Of a stretch of DNA of 64,000 nucleotides, positions 52,527-62,354 are shown in pieces (position 1 is the stretch's first letter; each line of letters opens with the position of its first letter). The notes beneath the pieces were generated by a model. It saw only the letters and a list, made by a program, of their open reading frames with translations. It was not told the origin of the DNA and did no database searches. The translations under genes and the position numbers were made by a program. The DNA comes from an uncultured Actinomycetes bacterium. Its GTDB lineage: Bacteria; Actinomycetota; UBA4738; HRBIN12. The stretch lies in NCBI GenBank assembly GCA_963704725.1, contig OY969934.1, positions 2,976,001 to 3,040,000 of the forward strand, given 5' to 3'.

Positions 52527-54913
52527 CAGGCCGCCCCCTCCGCCGCGACCGCCTCGACGGCGACGGGCTCCACGAAGCCGCCTCCGAGCACGGTGTTCGC
52601 GGCAAGCCCGGGCTGGTTGAACGGCACGAACACCGCGCCCTGCGCGACGTCGGCGGTCACGCGGACCGCGAGCTCGGCCTCGCCGGCTCCCGTCTTGACG
52701 CGGACCCGGCCGCCGTCCGCCACGCCCCGCTTCTCCGCATCCTCGGGATGCAGCTCGGCGAACGGGTCGTCCTCCAGGCCCGCCTTGAGCTCGGCCGCGC
52801 CCTCGGAGAGACGGCCCTCGTCGACCAGGAGCGGGTAGCTGAACAGCGTGAGGTCGCCGAGCAGCGTCGGCGGGCCGGTGCCGGTCCACGCGTCCGTGCG
52901 CACCGCCGTCTCGCGCGGGGCGAGCAGGCCCGCGGCCTCCTCCCGCAGCTCGTCCACCGTCTCGAACCCGAGGTCACGGCCCATCGCCGCCGCCAGCCCG
53001 GCGAAGATCTCCCAGTCCGGCCGGGACACGCCGGCGGGATCCCGGACGGGGCGGATGCGCTGCGACCGCCCCTCCCAGTCGCTCACCGACCCATCGCGCT
53101 CGGCCCAGGCGGCCGCGGGGAGGAAGGCGTCCGCGTACGGCTCCAGGTCACCGAGCTCCAATCCCTGCACGACCTTGAACCGGGCGTTCTCCAGGGCCCG
53201 CCGGGCCAGCTCGGCGTCGGGCACGTCGCGCAGCGGATCGACGCCGAGCAGGAAGAGCACATCGACCTCGCGCCGGGCGCAGGCCTCCAGGATCTCGCGG
53301 CCCGAGCGGCCGGGCTCGGTGGCGGCGAGCGGGCCCCACACGATCTCGACCTCCGCCCGCTCGGCCTCGTTCGCGACGCGCCGGCCGCCGGGCAGGAGGG
53401 CCGGATGCACCCCGGCGCGGAGCGCCCCCCGATCGCCGGCCCGGCGCGTGACGAAGCCGAAGCGCGCCCCGAACCGCTGCGCGACCGAGAGCGCCACGTC
53501 GGCCGCCAGCGGGTGCTCGGCCAGGCGCTCGCCGGCGAGCACGACGGCCTCGCCGCCCGCCTCGGCCAGCGCCGCGGCGACCCGCTCCTCGAACCCCTCG
53601 CCGTTCCCATCGGCGTCGTGGATCCGGTTCAGCACGTACGACTGGTGCTCGGGGCGGCACAGGCGGTGCTCCGCGACGTCCCGCAGCCGGGTGGCCCGCG
53701 GATGGACGACGAACACCCTCGCCCCGCGGCGCGCCGCCTTGCGGATCCGCAGGTGAAGGATCGGCACCTCCTGCTCGGCGTCGAGCCCGGCCACGAGGAT
53801 GACCTTGGCCCGCTCCACGTCCCGGTAGGTCGTGCGCATCGGGGCGGACGCGGCGAGCTCCTCGGCGCTGCCGCCGAGGAACGCCCGCCGGTGGTCGAGA
53901 TCGTTCGTCCCCACGACCGCGCGGGCCAGCTTGGACAGGGCGTACGCGTCCTCGTCGCCCAGGCGACCCCCCGCGAGGAACGCCACCCGGGCCCCCGACA
54001 TCCACGACGCGACCGAGGACAGGACCTCGCCGAACGACGCCGGCTCCAGGCCCCGGTCGCGGATCAGCGGCGTCGTGATCCGGCCCTCGAGATCGGGGTG
54101 GCGGAACGCGTACCGGCCCTTGTCGCACAGCCAGGCGTCGTTGACCTCGACGTTGTCCCTGGCCAGCACTCGGACGACCCGGCCGCGCCGCAGGTCGATC
54201 TTCACGTTGCACCCGGCGCTGCAGTGGCCGCACACGGAGTCCGCGCTCGACAGGTCGAAGGGTCGGGCCACGAACCGGTACGTCTCCGACGTCAGCGCGC
54301 CCACCGGGCAGATCTGCACGGTGTTCCCGCTGAAGGGGGAGCGGAAGTCCTCGCCGGCCGCGATCGAGACGCGCTCGCCGGCGCCGCGCGCGAACAGCTC
54401 GATGAACCGGTCGCCGCTGATCTCGTCGCAGAACCGCGTGCACCGCGCGCACAGCACGCACCGCTCGCGGTCGAGGTTCACGAGCGGGGAGAGCGGGATC
54501 GGCTTGCGGTACGTGCGCTTTGGCTCCACGTACCGGCTCTCCCCCGGGCCGAACGCCAGCGCCTGATCCTGCAGGGGACACTCGCCGCCCCGATCACAGA
54601 TCGGGCAGTCGAGGGGGTGGTTGAGAAGCAGGAACTCGAGGTTCGCGACCTGCGCCTCGTGCGCGACCTCGGACGTGTTCTGGGTCTTGACGATCATGCC
54701 GTCCCCGACCTCGGTCGTACACGAGGTGAAGAGCTTGCGCTGTCCCTCGAGCTCCACGTAGCACTGGCGGCACGCCCCCACCGGCGCGAGGAAGGGGTGG
54801 TCGCAGAACCGGGGGATCTCCAGCCCGAGCTGCTCGGCGGCGCGGATGATCAGCGTGCCCTTGGGGACGGTGACCTCCTTCCCGTCGATCGAGAGCGTGA
54901 CGGAGTCGCTCAT
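52526..54913 (-). CDS. nuoG: subunit G
   Basis: [30 protein letters not shown]7 motif CGHCSAGC. Confidence 0.95.
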   Translation of the reverse strand: MSDSVTLSIDGKEVTVPKGTLIIRAAEQLGLEIPRFCDHPFLAPVGACRQCYVELEGQRKLFTSCTTEVGDGMIVKTQNTSEVAHEAQVANLEFLLLNHPLDCPICDRGGECPLQDQALAFGPGESRYVEPKRTYRKPIPLSPLVNLDRERCVLCARCTRFCDEISGDRFIELFARGAGERVSIAAGEDFRSPFSGNTVQICPVGALTSETYRFVARPFDLSSADSVCGHCSAGCNVKIDLRRGRVVRVLARDNVEVNDAWLCDKGRYAFRHPDLEGRITTPLIRDRGLEPASFGEVLSSVASWMSGARVAFLAGGRLGDEDAYALSKLARAVVGTNDLDHRRAFLGGSAEELAASAPMRTTYRDVERAKVILVAGLDAEQEVPILHLRIRKAARRGARVFVVHPRATRLRDVAEHRLCRPEHQSYVLNRIHDADGNGEGFEERVAAALAEAGGEAVVLAGERLAEHPLAADVALSVAQRFGARFGFVTRRAGDRGALRAGVHPALLPGGRRVANEAERAEVEIVWGPLAATEPGRSGREILEACARREVDVLFLLGVDPLRDVPDAELARRALENARFKVVQGLELGDLEPYADAFLPAAAWAERDGSVSDWEGRSQRIRPVRDPAGVSRPDWEIFAGLAAAMGRDLGFETVDELREEAAGLLAPRETAVRTDAWTGTGPPTLLGDLTLFSYPLLVDEGRLSEGAAELKAGLEDDPFAELHPEDAEKRGVADGGRVRVKTGAGEAELAVRVTADVAQGAVFVPFNQPGLAANTVLGGGFVEPVAVEAVAAEGAA

Positions 54914-56247
54914 CCCAGGACCTCGGTCAGCCCGGACTCGGCCTCGGCGCGCGGCTCGACGCCCGGCCCCTCCCCGGTGAAGGGACAGCGGCGCTCCACG
55001 ATGTGCCGCTCGTACTCCTCCCGGAAGTGCTTCAGGCTCGACTGGATCGGGCTCACTGCGCCGTCGGCCAGGGCGCAGAACGCTCGGAACAGCATGTTCC
55101 GGCCCAGGTCGTCGAGCAGCGGGAGGTCCTCGGGGCGTCCGTAGCCGGTCTCGATGCGATCGAGCACGCGCCGGGCCCACCACGTCCCCTCGCGGCAGGG
55201 CGTGCACTTGCCGCAGGATTCGTGCGCGTAGAACGCCACGAGCCGCCGCGTCGCCTCGACGATGCAGTCGGTCTCGTCCAGGACGATGATGGCGCCGGTG
55301 CCGAGCAGCGAACCGGCCGCGGCCACCGACTCGAAGTCGAGCCCCACGTCGAGATGCTCGTCGGTCAGCATGGGCGTGGACGAGCCGCCGGGCGTCCACG
55401 CCTTCAGGCGGCGGCCGCCGAGCACCCCGCCCGCGTGATCCTCGAGCAGCGTCCGCAGCGGCGTGCCCATCGGGACCTCGTAGTTGCCGGGGCGCTCGAC
55501 CTTGCCCGAGACGCTGAAGACCTTCGTCCCCGGCGACTTCTCCGGACCGATCTTCGCGAACCACTCGGGCCCGTTGCGGAGCACGTGCGGCACGTTGCAC
55601 AGCGTCTCCACGTTGTTGATCAGCGTGGGGCAGGCGAACAGGCCTTCGACGGCGGGGAAGGGTGGCCGCAGACGCGGTTGCCCCCGGTCGCCCTCGAGCG
55701 AGGACAGCAGCGCCGTCTCCTCGCCGCAGATGTAGGCGCCGGCGCCCCGATGCAGCACGACGTTCAGCTCCCACCCGCTGCCGAGCACCGAGTCCCCGAA
55801 GACCCCTTCCCCGTACGCCTCCCGGAGCGCGCGCTGGAGCACCCGGCCGGGGTGCAGGAACTCACCGCGGCAGTAGATGTAGGCCTCGTGACTGCCCACC
55901 GCGTAGGCGGCGATGGCCAGGCCCTCGAGGAACTGGTGCGGCTCCCGCTCCACGAGCTCCCGGTTGTTGTACGTGCCCGGCTCCGACTCGTCGAAGTTGG
56001 AGACCACGTAGGTGGGCTTGCCGGTGTTCTGCGGCACGAAGGACCACTTCACGCCGGTCGGGAACCCCGCGCCCCCGCGCCCCCGGAGACCCGACGCCTT
56101 CACGGTGTCGATCACCTCGGCCGAGGTCATCCCCAGGGCGGACCTGAGCCCGTCGTAGCCGCCCTGGGCCTGGTACCCGCCGATCGGGATCACGTCCGGG
56201 TCCCCCCAGTTCCTCGTGACGATCTTGGTCACGGCGTCGGCGGTCAC
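54910..56247 (-). CDS. nuoF: subunit F
   Basis: GRGGAGF, DESEPG, YICGEETAL, ESCGKCTPCREG. Confidence 0.96.
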   Translation of the reverse strand: MTADAVTKIVTRNWGDPDVIPIGGYQAQGGYDGLRSALGMTSAEVIDTVKASGLRGRGGAGFPTGVKWSFVPQNTGKPTYVVSNFDESEPGTYNNRELVEREPHQFLEGLAIAAYAVGSHEAYIYCRGEFLHPGRVLQRALREAYGEGVFGDSVLGSGWELNVVLHRGAGAYICGEETALLSSLEGDRGQPRLRPPFPAVEGLFACPTLINNVETLCNVPHVLRNGPEWFAKIGPEKSPGTKVFSVSGKVERPGNYEVPMGTPLRTLLEDHAGGVLGGRRLKAWTPGGSSTPMLTDEHLDVGLDFESVAAAGSLLGTGAIIVLDETDCIVEATRRLVAFYAHESCGKCTPCREGTWWARRVLDRIETGYGRPEDLPLLDDLGRNMLFRAFCALADGAVSPIQSSLKHFREEYERHIVERRCPFTGEGPGVEPRAEAESGLTEVLG

Positions 56248-56810
56248 GCGTCCTCCAAACCCGCCAGGATCCGCGACGCGTGCTTGAAGTCGGCGGGTGC
56301 CTCGCCCTGCGCGGGAGGCGGGACCTCGCCGGCCCGCAGCCGCACGATCAGCTCGCGCATGCGCTCCGGCGTCACGCGGTCGTGGTTCGCGAAGTCGATC
56401 TGGACCACCGGCGCGGCGTCGCACGCCCCGAGGCACTCCTCCTCGTGCACCGAGAACACGCCGTCGTCCGAGAGCTCGCCGCCGTGCGGGATCCCCGTCG
56501 CCCGATGCGCGGCCTCGTAGACGTCCTTCGCACCGCGCAGCGCGCAGGACAGGTTGGTACAGACGCTGACCAGATGCGTCCCCGTCGGACGGAGCCGGAG
56601 CATCGTGTAGAAGCTCGCGACGGCCTCGACCTCCGCGGTCGTGATGCCCAGCCACCCGGCGACGACCCGCAGCCCGTCGGGGGTCACGAAGCCCTCCTCC
56701 GACTGGACGAGGTACAGGAGCGGCAGGATCGCGGAGCGCTCGCGTCCGGCCGGGTACCGACCCTTGATCTCCTCCGCCCGCTCGCGGAGCTCGTCGGAGC
56801 GCATCGCCAT
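56244..56810 (-). CDS. nuoE: subunit E
   Basis: VCTNLSC, ECLGACDAAP. Confidence 0.94.
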   Translation of the reverse strand: MAMRSDELRERAEEIKGRYPAGRERSAILPLLYLVQSEEGFVTPDGLRVVAGWLGITTAEVEAVASFYTMLRLRPTGTHLVSVCTNLSCALRGAKDVYEAAHRATGIPHGGELSDDGVFSVHEEECLGACDAAPVVQIDFANHDRVTPERMRELIVRLRAGEVPPPAQGEAPADFKHASRILAGLEDA

Positions 56811-58114
56811 CAGCGATCCACCCCGCCCATCACGGGGTCCATGCTCGCCACGACCGCGATCGCGTCGGCCACCAGGCCCCCCTCGACCATGTGCGGCAAC
56901 GCCTGGAGGTTCGCGAAGGACGGGTCGCGGATCCGAACGCGGTACGGACGGTGCCCCCCGTCCGCCACCACGTAGAAGCCGAGCTCGCCCCGGGGCGACT
57001 CGACCGGCAGATAGGTCTCGCCGGCGGGGACGGAGATCCCCTCGGTCACCATCTTGAAGTGATGGATCAGGGCCTCCATCGACTCCTCCATGATGTGGCG
57101 GACGTAGGCGGTCGAGTTGCCGATCCCGTCGGGGCCCACCTCGAGCTGCGCCGGCCACCGGACCTTGGGGTCCTCGACCATCACCGGACCCGGCTCGCGC
57201 AACCGGTCCATGCACTGCTCGACGATCCGCAACGACTGCTTCATCTCCTCGATCCGCACCTCGTACCGCGCGTAGCAGTCCGCTCCCTCGCGCACCGGCA
57301 CGTCGAACTCGTAGCTCTCGTAGCCGCAGTAAGGCTCCTGCCGCCGGACGTCGCGGGCGACGCCGGCTGCGCGCAGCGCGGGCCCGGTCACGCCGTAGCG
57401 CAGGGCATCCTCCGCGGCGAGCAGGCCGACGTCCGCGTTGCGCTCGATCCAGATCGGGTTCTTCGACAGGAGGGACTCGTACTCGCGGATGCGGCCGGGC
57501 ATCACGTCGAGCCAGTCGGCGATGCGATCCGTGCCTTCCGGCGGCAGGTCCATCACGACCCCGCCGATCCGGACGTACGAGTGGTTCATGCGCAGGCCGG
57601 TGGCGGCCTCGAAGACGTCGAGGATCATCTCGCGCTCGCGGAACCCGTAGAGCATCATGCTCACCGCGCCGAGCTCCATCCCCGACGTCGCGAGCCACAC
57701 CAGGTGCGAGGCGATCCGGTTCATCTCCATGAACAGGACTCGAAGCACCTGGGCCCTGGGTGGCGCCTCCACGCCCAGCAACCGCTCGGCGGCGAGGCAG
57801 TACGCCGCCTCGTTGAAGAACGGGGAGAGGTAGTCGGCGCGCGTGACGTAGGCGACGCCCTGCTGCCACGTCCGGTACTCGGTGTTCTTCTCGATGCCCG
57901 TGTGCAGGTACCCGACGATCGGCCGGCACGCGACGACGGTCTCGCCGTCGAGCTCGAGCAGGAGCCGGAGCACGCCGTGCGTGGACGGGTGCTGCGGGCC
58001 CATGTTGATGACCATCGTCTCCTGACGGAGCTCCCGGGTGGATCGGGCATCCTCCGCCGAGACGCCGAAGACGTCCGCGTTGCCGGCGTCCGGCACGGGG
58101 GTCCGCTCGCTCAC
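56810..58114 (-). CDS. nuoD: subunit D
   Basis: [34 protein letters not shown]. Confidence 0.96.
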   Translation of the reverse strand: MSERTPVPDAGNADVFGVSAEDARSTRELRQETMVINMGPQHPSTHGVLRLLLELDGETVVACRPIVGYLHTGIEKNTEYRTWQQGVAYVTRADYLSPFFNEAAYCLAAERLLGVEAPPRAQVLRVLFMEMNRIASHLVWLATSGMELGAVSMMLYGFREREMILDVFEAATGLRMNHSYVRIGGVVMDLPPEGTDRIADWLDVMPGRIREYESLLSKNPIWIERNADVGLLAAEDALRYGVTGPALRAAGVARDVRRQEPYCGYESYEFDVPVREGADCYARYEVRIEEMKQSLRIVEQCMDRLREPGPVMVEDPKVRWPAQLEVGPDGIGNSTAYVRHIMEESMEALIHHFKMVTEGISVPAGETYLPVESPRGELGFYVVADGGHRPYRVRIRDPSFANLQALPHMVEGGLVADAIAVVASMDPVMGGVDR

Positions 58115-58604
58115 GGCGTCCTCCGGTCGATCGGCGGGATGAACGCGCCCCGGTACGCGGTGTTCACGCCCCCGAGCTCTTCGTCCTTGCGGAGCGGCCA
58201 CCCCTCCCAGCCATCGGGGAGCAGGATCCGGCGGAGGTCCGGGTGGCCGGTGAAGTCGATCCCGTAGAAGTCGTACGTCTCGCGCTCGTGCCAGTCGGCG
58301 GTCGGGAACATCCCGGTGACCGAGGGGACCCTGGCGTCGTCCTCGGGCAGGCCCACCTTGACGCGAAGCCGGTGGAGGTGCGCCGAGGAGAAGAGCTCGT
58401 AGGCGAGCCAGAAGCGCGGATCCCGTCCCGGCCAGTCGGTGGCGGTCACGCTCGACAGGAAGTCGAAGGACAGGTCCGGGTCGTCGCGGAGCCGGCCGAG
58501 CGCGGCGACCAGCTCGGTCCGCTCGAGCACCAGCGTGACCTCGTCGCGGACGACGACCACCTCGGGGTGGCGGACCCGGAGCGAGGCGGCGAGATCCGGT
58601 GCCC

Positions 58605-58608
<4 letters not shown>
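58111..58608 (-). CDS. nuoC: subunit C (set 1)
   Basis: [25 protein letters not shown]. Confidence 0.94.
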
Positions 58609-59112
<504 letters not shown>

Positions 59113-59123
<11 letters not shown>

Positions 59124-59550
59124 CGACGAGCTCCCGCTCCTCGGTCGGGCCCTCGACCGCGACGTTCTCGTGACGGCGGCGCTCGTCACGCTCCCAGTCC
59201 AGTCCGCCCGTCCGCCAGATGTAGACGTAGGCCACGAACACGAGCCCGATGAACACGGTCATCTCGACGAGCCCGAACAGCCCGAGGCGGCGGAAGCCGA
59301 CCGCCCACGGGAACAGGAAGATCGTCTCGATGTCGAAGATGATGAACAGCATCGCCACGACGTAGAACTTCACGCTGAACCGCTCGCCCTTCGGCAGGCG
59401 CTCGGGCTCGATGCCGCACTCGTAGGGCGCGAGCTTGGCCGGATTCGGCCGGTCGGGGCGAAGCAGCGAGGACACCCCGAGAGAGAGCACCGCGAACAGC
59501 ACGGCGAGCGCCGCCAGGATCAGGATCGGCAGGTACTGGGACAGCTCCAC
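59113..59550 (-). CDS. nuoA: subunit A (set 1)
   Basis: [15 protein letters not shown]. Confidence 0.94.
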
Positions 59551-59569
59551 CTGGACCCCCTGGCCTCGG

Positions 59570-60823
59570 CTACGACACCCGGGCGAGCCGCTCGAGCCCG
59601 TACATGATCTTGTCCTGGACGTCGCCCTCGCGGCCGTCCGTGAGGTTCCCCATGACCCGGAGGGCGAATCGCATCAGCCACTCCTGCGGAAGCCCGTAGT
59701 CGGTGAGCGCGCGCATCACGACCGGGTGCCCGATGGCGCGCACGAAGTTGGTCCCGATGCGGAAGTACCGGGCGTACCGCTCGCGAAGGATCGACGGGTA
59801 CAGGTGCGCGATGCCCGGCCGGTCGCGAAGGAGCGCGTCGTGGATCAGCTCGGCCGCGAGCTCCCCCGACTCCATCGCGTACGCGATGCCCTCGCCGTTG
59901 AACGGGTTCACGATCCCGGCGGCGTCGCCGACGACGAGCATCCCGGGAACGGCCTGCGGCGCCCGGCACATCCCCATCGGCAACGGCCCCGAGAGCACGC
60001 GGCCCTCCGCCGTCTCCTCGTTGACGTTCCAGTCCTCCGGGAGCATGCGCGAGAACGCGTCGAACACCCGCTGGGCCGAGACGTCGCGGAAGTTCTTGAA
60101 CGTGTTCAGCAGCCCGGCGCCGAGGTTCACGGAGCCGTCGGCGAGCGCGAACAGCCACCCGTACCCGGGCATCAGGGCGTCGCCCTCCCACAGGTCCATC
60201 CAGACCTCGAGCCACGGGCCGGGGTGGCGGTCGATCCGGTAGTAGCGGCGGGCCGCGATCCCGAGCGGCTTCGACGGGTCCCGGCGGACGCCGGCCTGGC
60301 CGGCGAAGCGCGAGGCCGCGCCGTCGGCCGACACGACGAAGCGGGCCCGCACGTCCACCTCCTCGTCGTGCTCGAGGTCGCGCACGCGCGCCCCGGTGAC
60401 CCAGCCCTCGTCGACGGCCGGGGCCAGAGCCTCGGTCCGTTCCCGGAGCGCCGCGCCGGCCTTCTGCGCCCGCCGCGCCAGCAGCTCGTCGAAGCTCGAG
60501 CGCGTCATCGTCAGGCCGTACCCGGGGAAGTCGTCCAGGCTCGGCCACGGGAGCTCGAGGACGGTCTTGCGCGAGTAGATCCGGAGGCCCTCGTGCCGCT
60601 CGAACCGGGGGTCCTCCGTGTCGACGCCCATCCGCTCGAGCTGCACGATGGCCCGCGGCGTGAGCCCGTCCCCGCACACCTTCTCGCGGGGGAAGCTCGC
60701 CTTCTCGACGAGCGTGACGTCGATCCCGTGCCGCGCCAGGTGGTACGCCGTCGCCGACCCGCCGGGCCCGGCGCCGACGATCAGGACGTCGGTCTCGATG
60801 TGCGCGTTCGACCCACCCGGCAC
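59570..60823 (-). CDS. geranylgeranyl reductase family, MenJ-like menaquinone side-chain reductase
   Basis: VGAGPGG, FPREKVCGDGLTP, GYGWLF, GDAAGIVNPFNGEGI. Confidence 0.88.
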   Translation of the reverse strand: MPGGSNAHIETDVLIVGAGPGGSATAYHLARHGIDVTLVEKASFPREKVCGDGLTPRAIVQLERMGVDTEDPRFERHEGLRIYSRKTVLELPWPSLDDFPGYGLTMTRSSFDELLARRAQKAGAALRERTEALAPAVDEGWVTGARVRDLEHDEEVDVRARFVVSADGAASRFAGQAGVRRDPSKPLGIAARRYYRIDRHPGPWLEVWMDLWEGDALMPGYGWLFALADGSVNLGAGLLNTFKNFRDVSAQRVFDAFSRMLPEDWNVNEETAEGRVLSGPLPMGMCRAPQAVPGMLVVGDAAGIVNPFNGEGIAYAMESGELAAELIHDALLRDRPGIAHLYPSILRERYARYFRIGTNFVRAIGHPVVMRALTDYGLPQEWLMRFALRVMGNLTDGREGDVQDKIMYGLERLARVS

Positions 60824-60840
60824 CGGCTATTCCCCCACGC

Positions 60841-60890
60841 TTGTGAATTGCTTCACAAGGATGCTAACCGCCTTGTGAAGTTCGTCACAA
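60841..60890. promoter_or_regulatory. tandem Rex operators flanking a -10 box
   Basis: TTGTGAA-ttgc-TTCACAA (60841-60858, perfect) and TTGTGAA-gttc-GTCACAA (60873-60890); TAGCAT on minus strand at 60861-60866. Confidence 0.9.
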
Positions 60891-60934
60891 ACCCTATGCC
60901 CGGGCCGTCGAACGGCACAACCGGGGCCGCGTCG

Positions 60935-61375
60935 CTAGCCGCGCGCGTGGTCCCAGGCCGCGATGCGGTCGGGAACGACCCGGAGGAAGCCCAGACCCCG
61001 AACCTCCTCGGCGAACCTGGGGAACCCGTCTCCTGCCAGGAGGGGACGGTACTTCTCGTGCCACGCGGAGATCGGCTTACGCAGCTCCGCGTGCTCGGCC
61101 GGCAGCAGCTCGGCCCGGCCCCGCAGCTCGATGCCGGCGATCTCCACCCAGGCCCGCCCGAGGTCGATCGTGAGCGCGACCCGGGGGTCCGTCGACGCGT
61201 TCGCCCAGGTGCGGCCCTCGCGCCGCGTCGAGACGTAGATCGCGTCCTCGGGCCACACGAACCACAGCGGCACGACGTGCGGGGCTCCGTCGGGGTCGAG
61301 CGTCGCCACGGTCACGACCGGGAGCCCGGCGAACATCCGGCGCGCGGCGGCGACGTCCACGTCCCGGACCTGCAT
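60935..61375 (-). CDS. pyridoxamine 5'-phosphate oxidase-like (split barrel) protein
   Basis: VATLDPDGAPHVVPLWF, NASTDPRVAL, ELRGRA. Confidence 0.85.
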   Translation of the reverse strand: MQVRDVDVAAARRMFAGLPVVTVATLDPDGAPHVVPLWFVWPEDAIYVSTRREGRTWANASTDPRVALTIDLGRAWVEIAGIELRGRAELLPAEHAELRKPISAWHEKYRPLLAGDGFPRFAEEVRGLGFLRVVPDRIAAWDHARG

Positions 61376-62265
61376 CAGCCCACCCCGGGGCCGAGCCGCA
61401 GCAGCCCGGCGATCTCGACGAGCGCGGCGCCGGCCTCGGCGTGGAGCGGGGCTCTCTCGAGGGCGGCGACCGCCCGGCCGACCAGCTCGCCGATCCGCCC
61501 GACCCCGTCGGCCCCGGCCTCGCCGTCGAGGGCGTCGTCGCGGAGCTGGAAGGCCTCCCCCACGAAGCGCGCGTACACCGCGAGCGGACCCTCCACCGCC
61601 GGCGGGGCCTCCGCGAGCGCCGTCCCGACCAGCACCGGTCCCTCGGCCGTGTACGAGCTCGTCTTCAGCGCGGCCACGCGCGGCGTCGCCCGCCCGGCGG
61701 GCCCGGACGCGACGTCCAGGAACTGACCCGCCGCCATCTCCGTGCGCATCCGATCGAACCGCTCCAGTGCCAGCGCGAGGGGCCCGGGAGCCGCCCCGCA
61801 GGTCCGCAGGAGCTGCTCGGACAGGACGGCGGCGAGGTCGCCGACCAGGATCGCGACGGACGAGCCGTAGGTGGCGGGGTCGACGCCCATCGGGGCCTCC
61901 GCCGCGAACCGGGCCGGCGTGGAGGCGATTCCCCGCCTGCGGTCCGACCCGTCCATGACGTCGTCGTGGACCAGGGCGAAGGTGTGCAGGAGCTCGAGCG
62001 CCGCCGCCGCCCGGACGATCGAGGGCCCGTCCGTCCCACCGGCGGCCCGGTGCGCCCACCAACACAGGGCGGGTCGGATCCGCTTCCCGCCCGCGGCCAG
62101 GAGCCGAAGGAGCTCGTCCACGAGCACCGCCGCCGCCGGATCCATCCCCGCCAGCTCCGCCCGGCGGTCGGCGAGGAAGGCCGACAGGACCGGCTCGACG
62201 CGGTCCCGAACCACGTCGAGCCGAGCCATCGAGATCCGCGGCTCGTCGACGGCGCCTGCCACCAC
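61375..62265 (-). CDS. polyprenyl (GGPP/FPP) synthase, short C-terminus
   Basis: GGKRIRP, HDDVMD..RRG, GQFLD, KT, FQLRDDALD. Confidence 0.85.
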   Translation of the reverse strand: MVAGAVDEPRISMARLDVVRDRVEPVLSAFLADRRAELAGMDPAAAVLVDELLRLLAAGGKRIRPALCWWAHRAAGGTDGPSIVRAAAALELLHTFALVHDDVMDGSDRRRGIASTPARFAAEAPMGVDPATYGSSVAILVGDLAAVLSEQLLRTCGAAPGPLALALERFDRMRTEMAAGQFLDVASGPAGRATPRVAALKTSSYTAEGPVLVGTALAEAPPAVEGPLAVYARFVGEAFQLRDDALDGEAGADGVGRIGELVGRAVAALERAPLHAEAGAALVEIAGLLRLGPGVG

Positions 62266-62354
62266 CCGTGGAGTATCCCAAGGCGACGGCGTTCCCCAAC
62301 CCGTGCGGCCGGCGACGACTGCTATCGTTCATCCCCGCACACCAACGGGACCCG

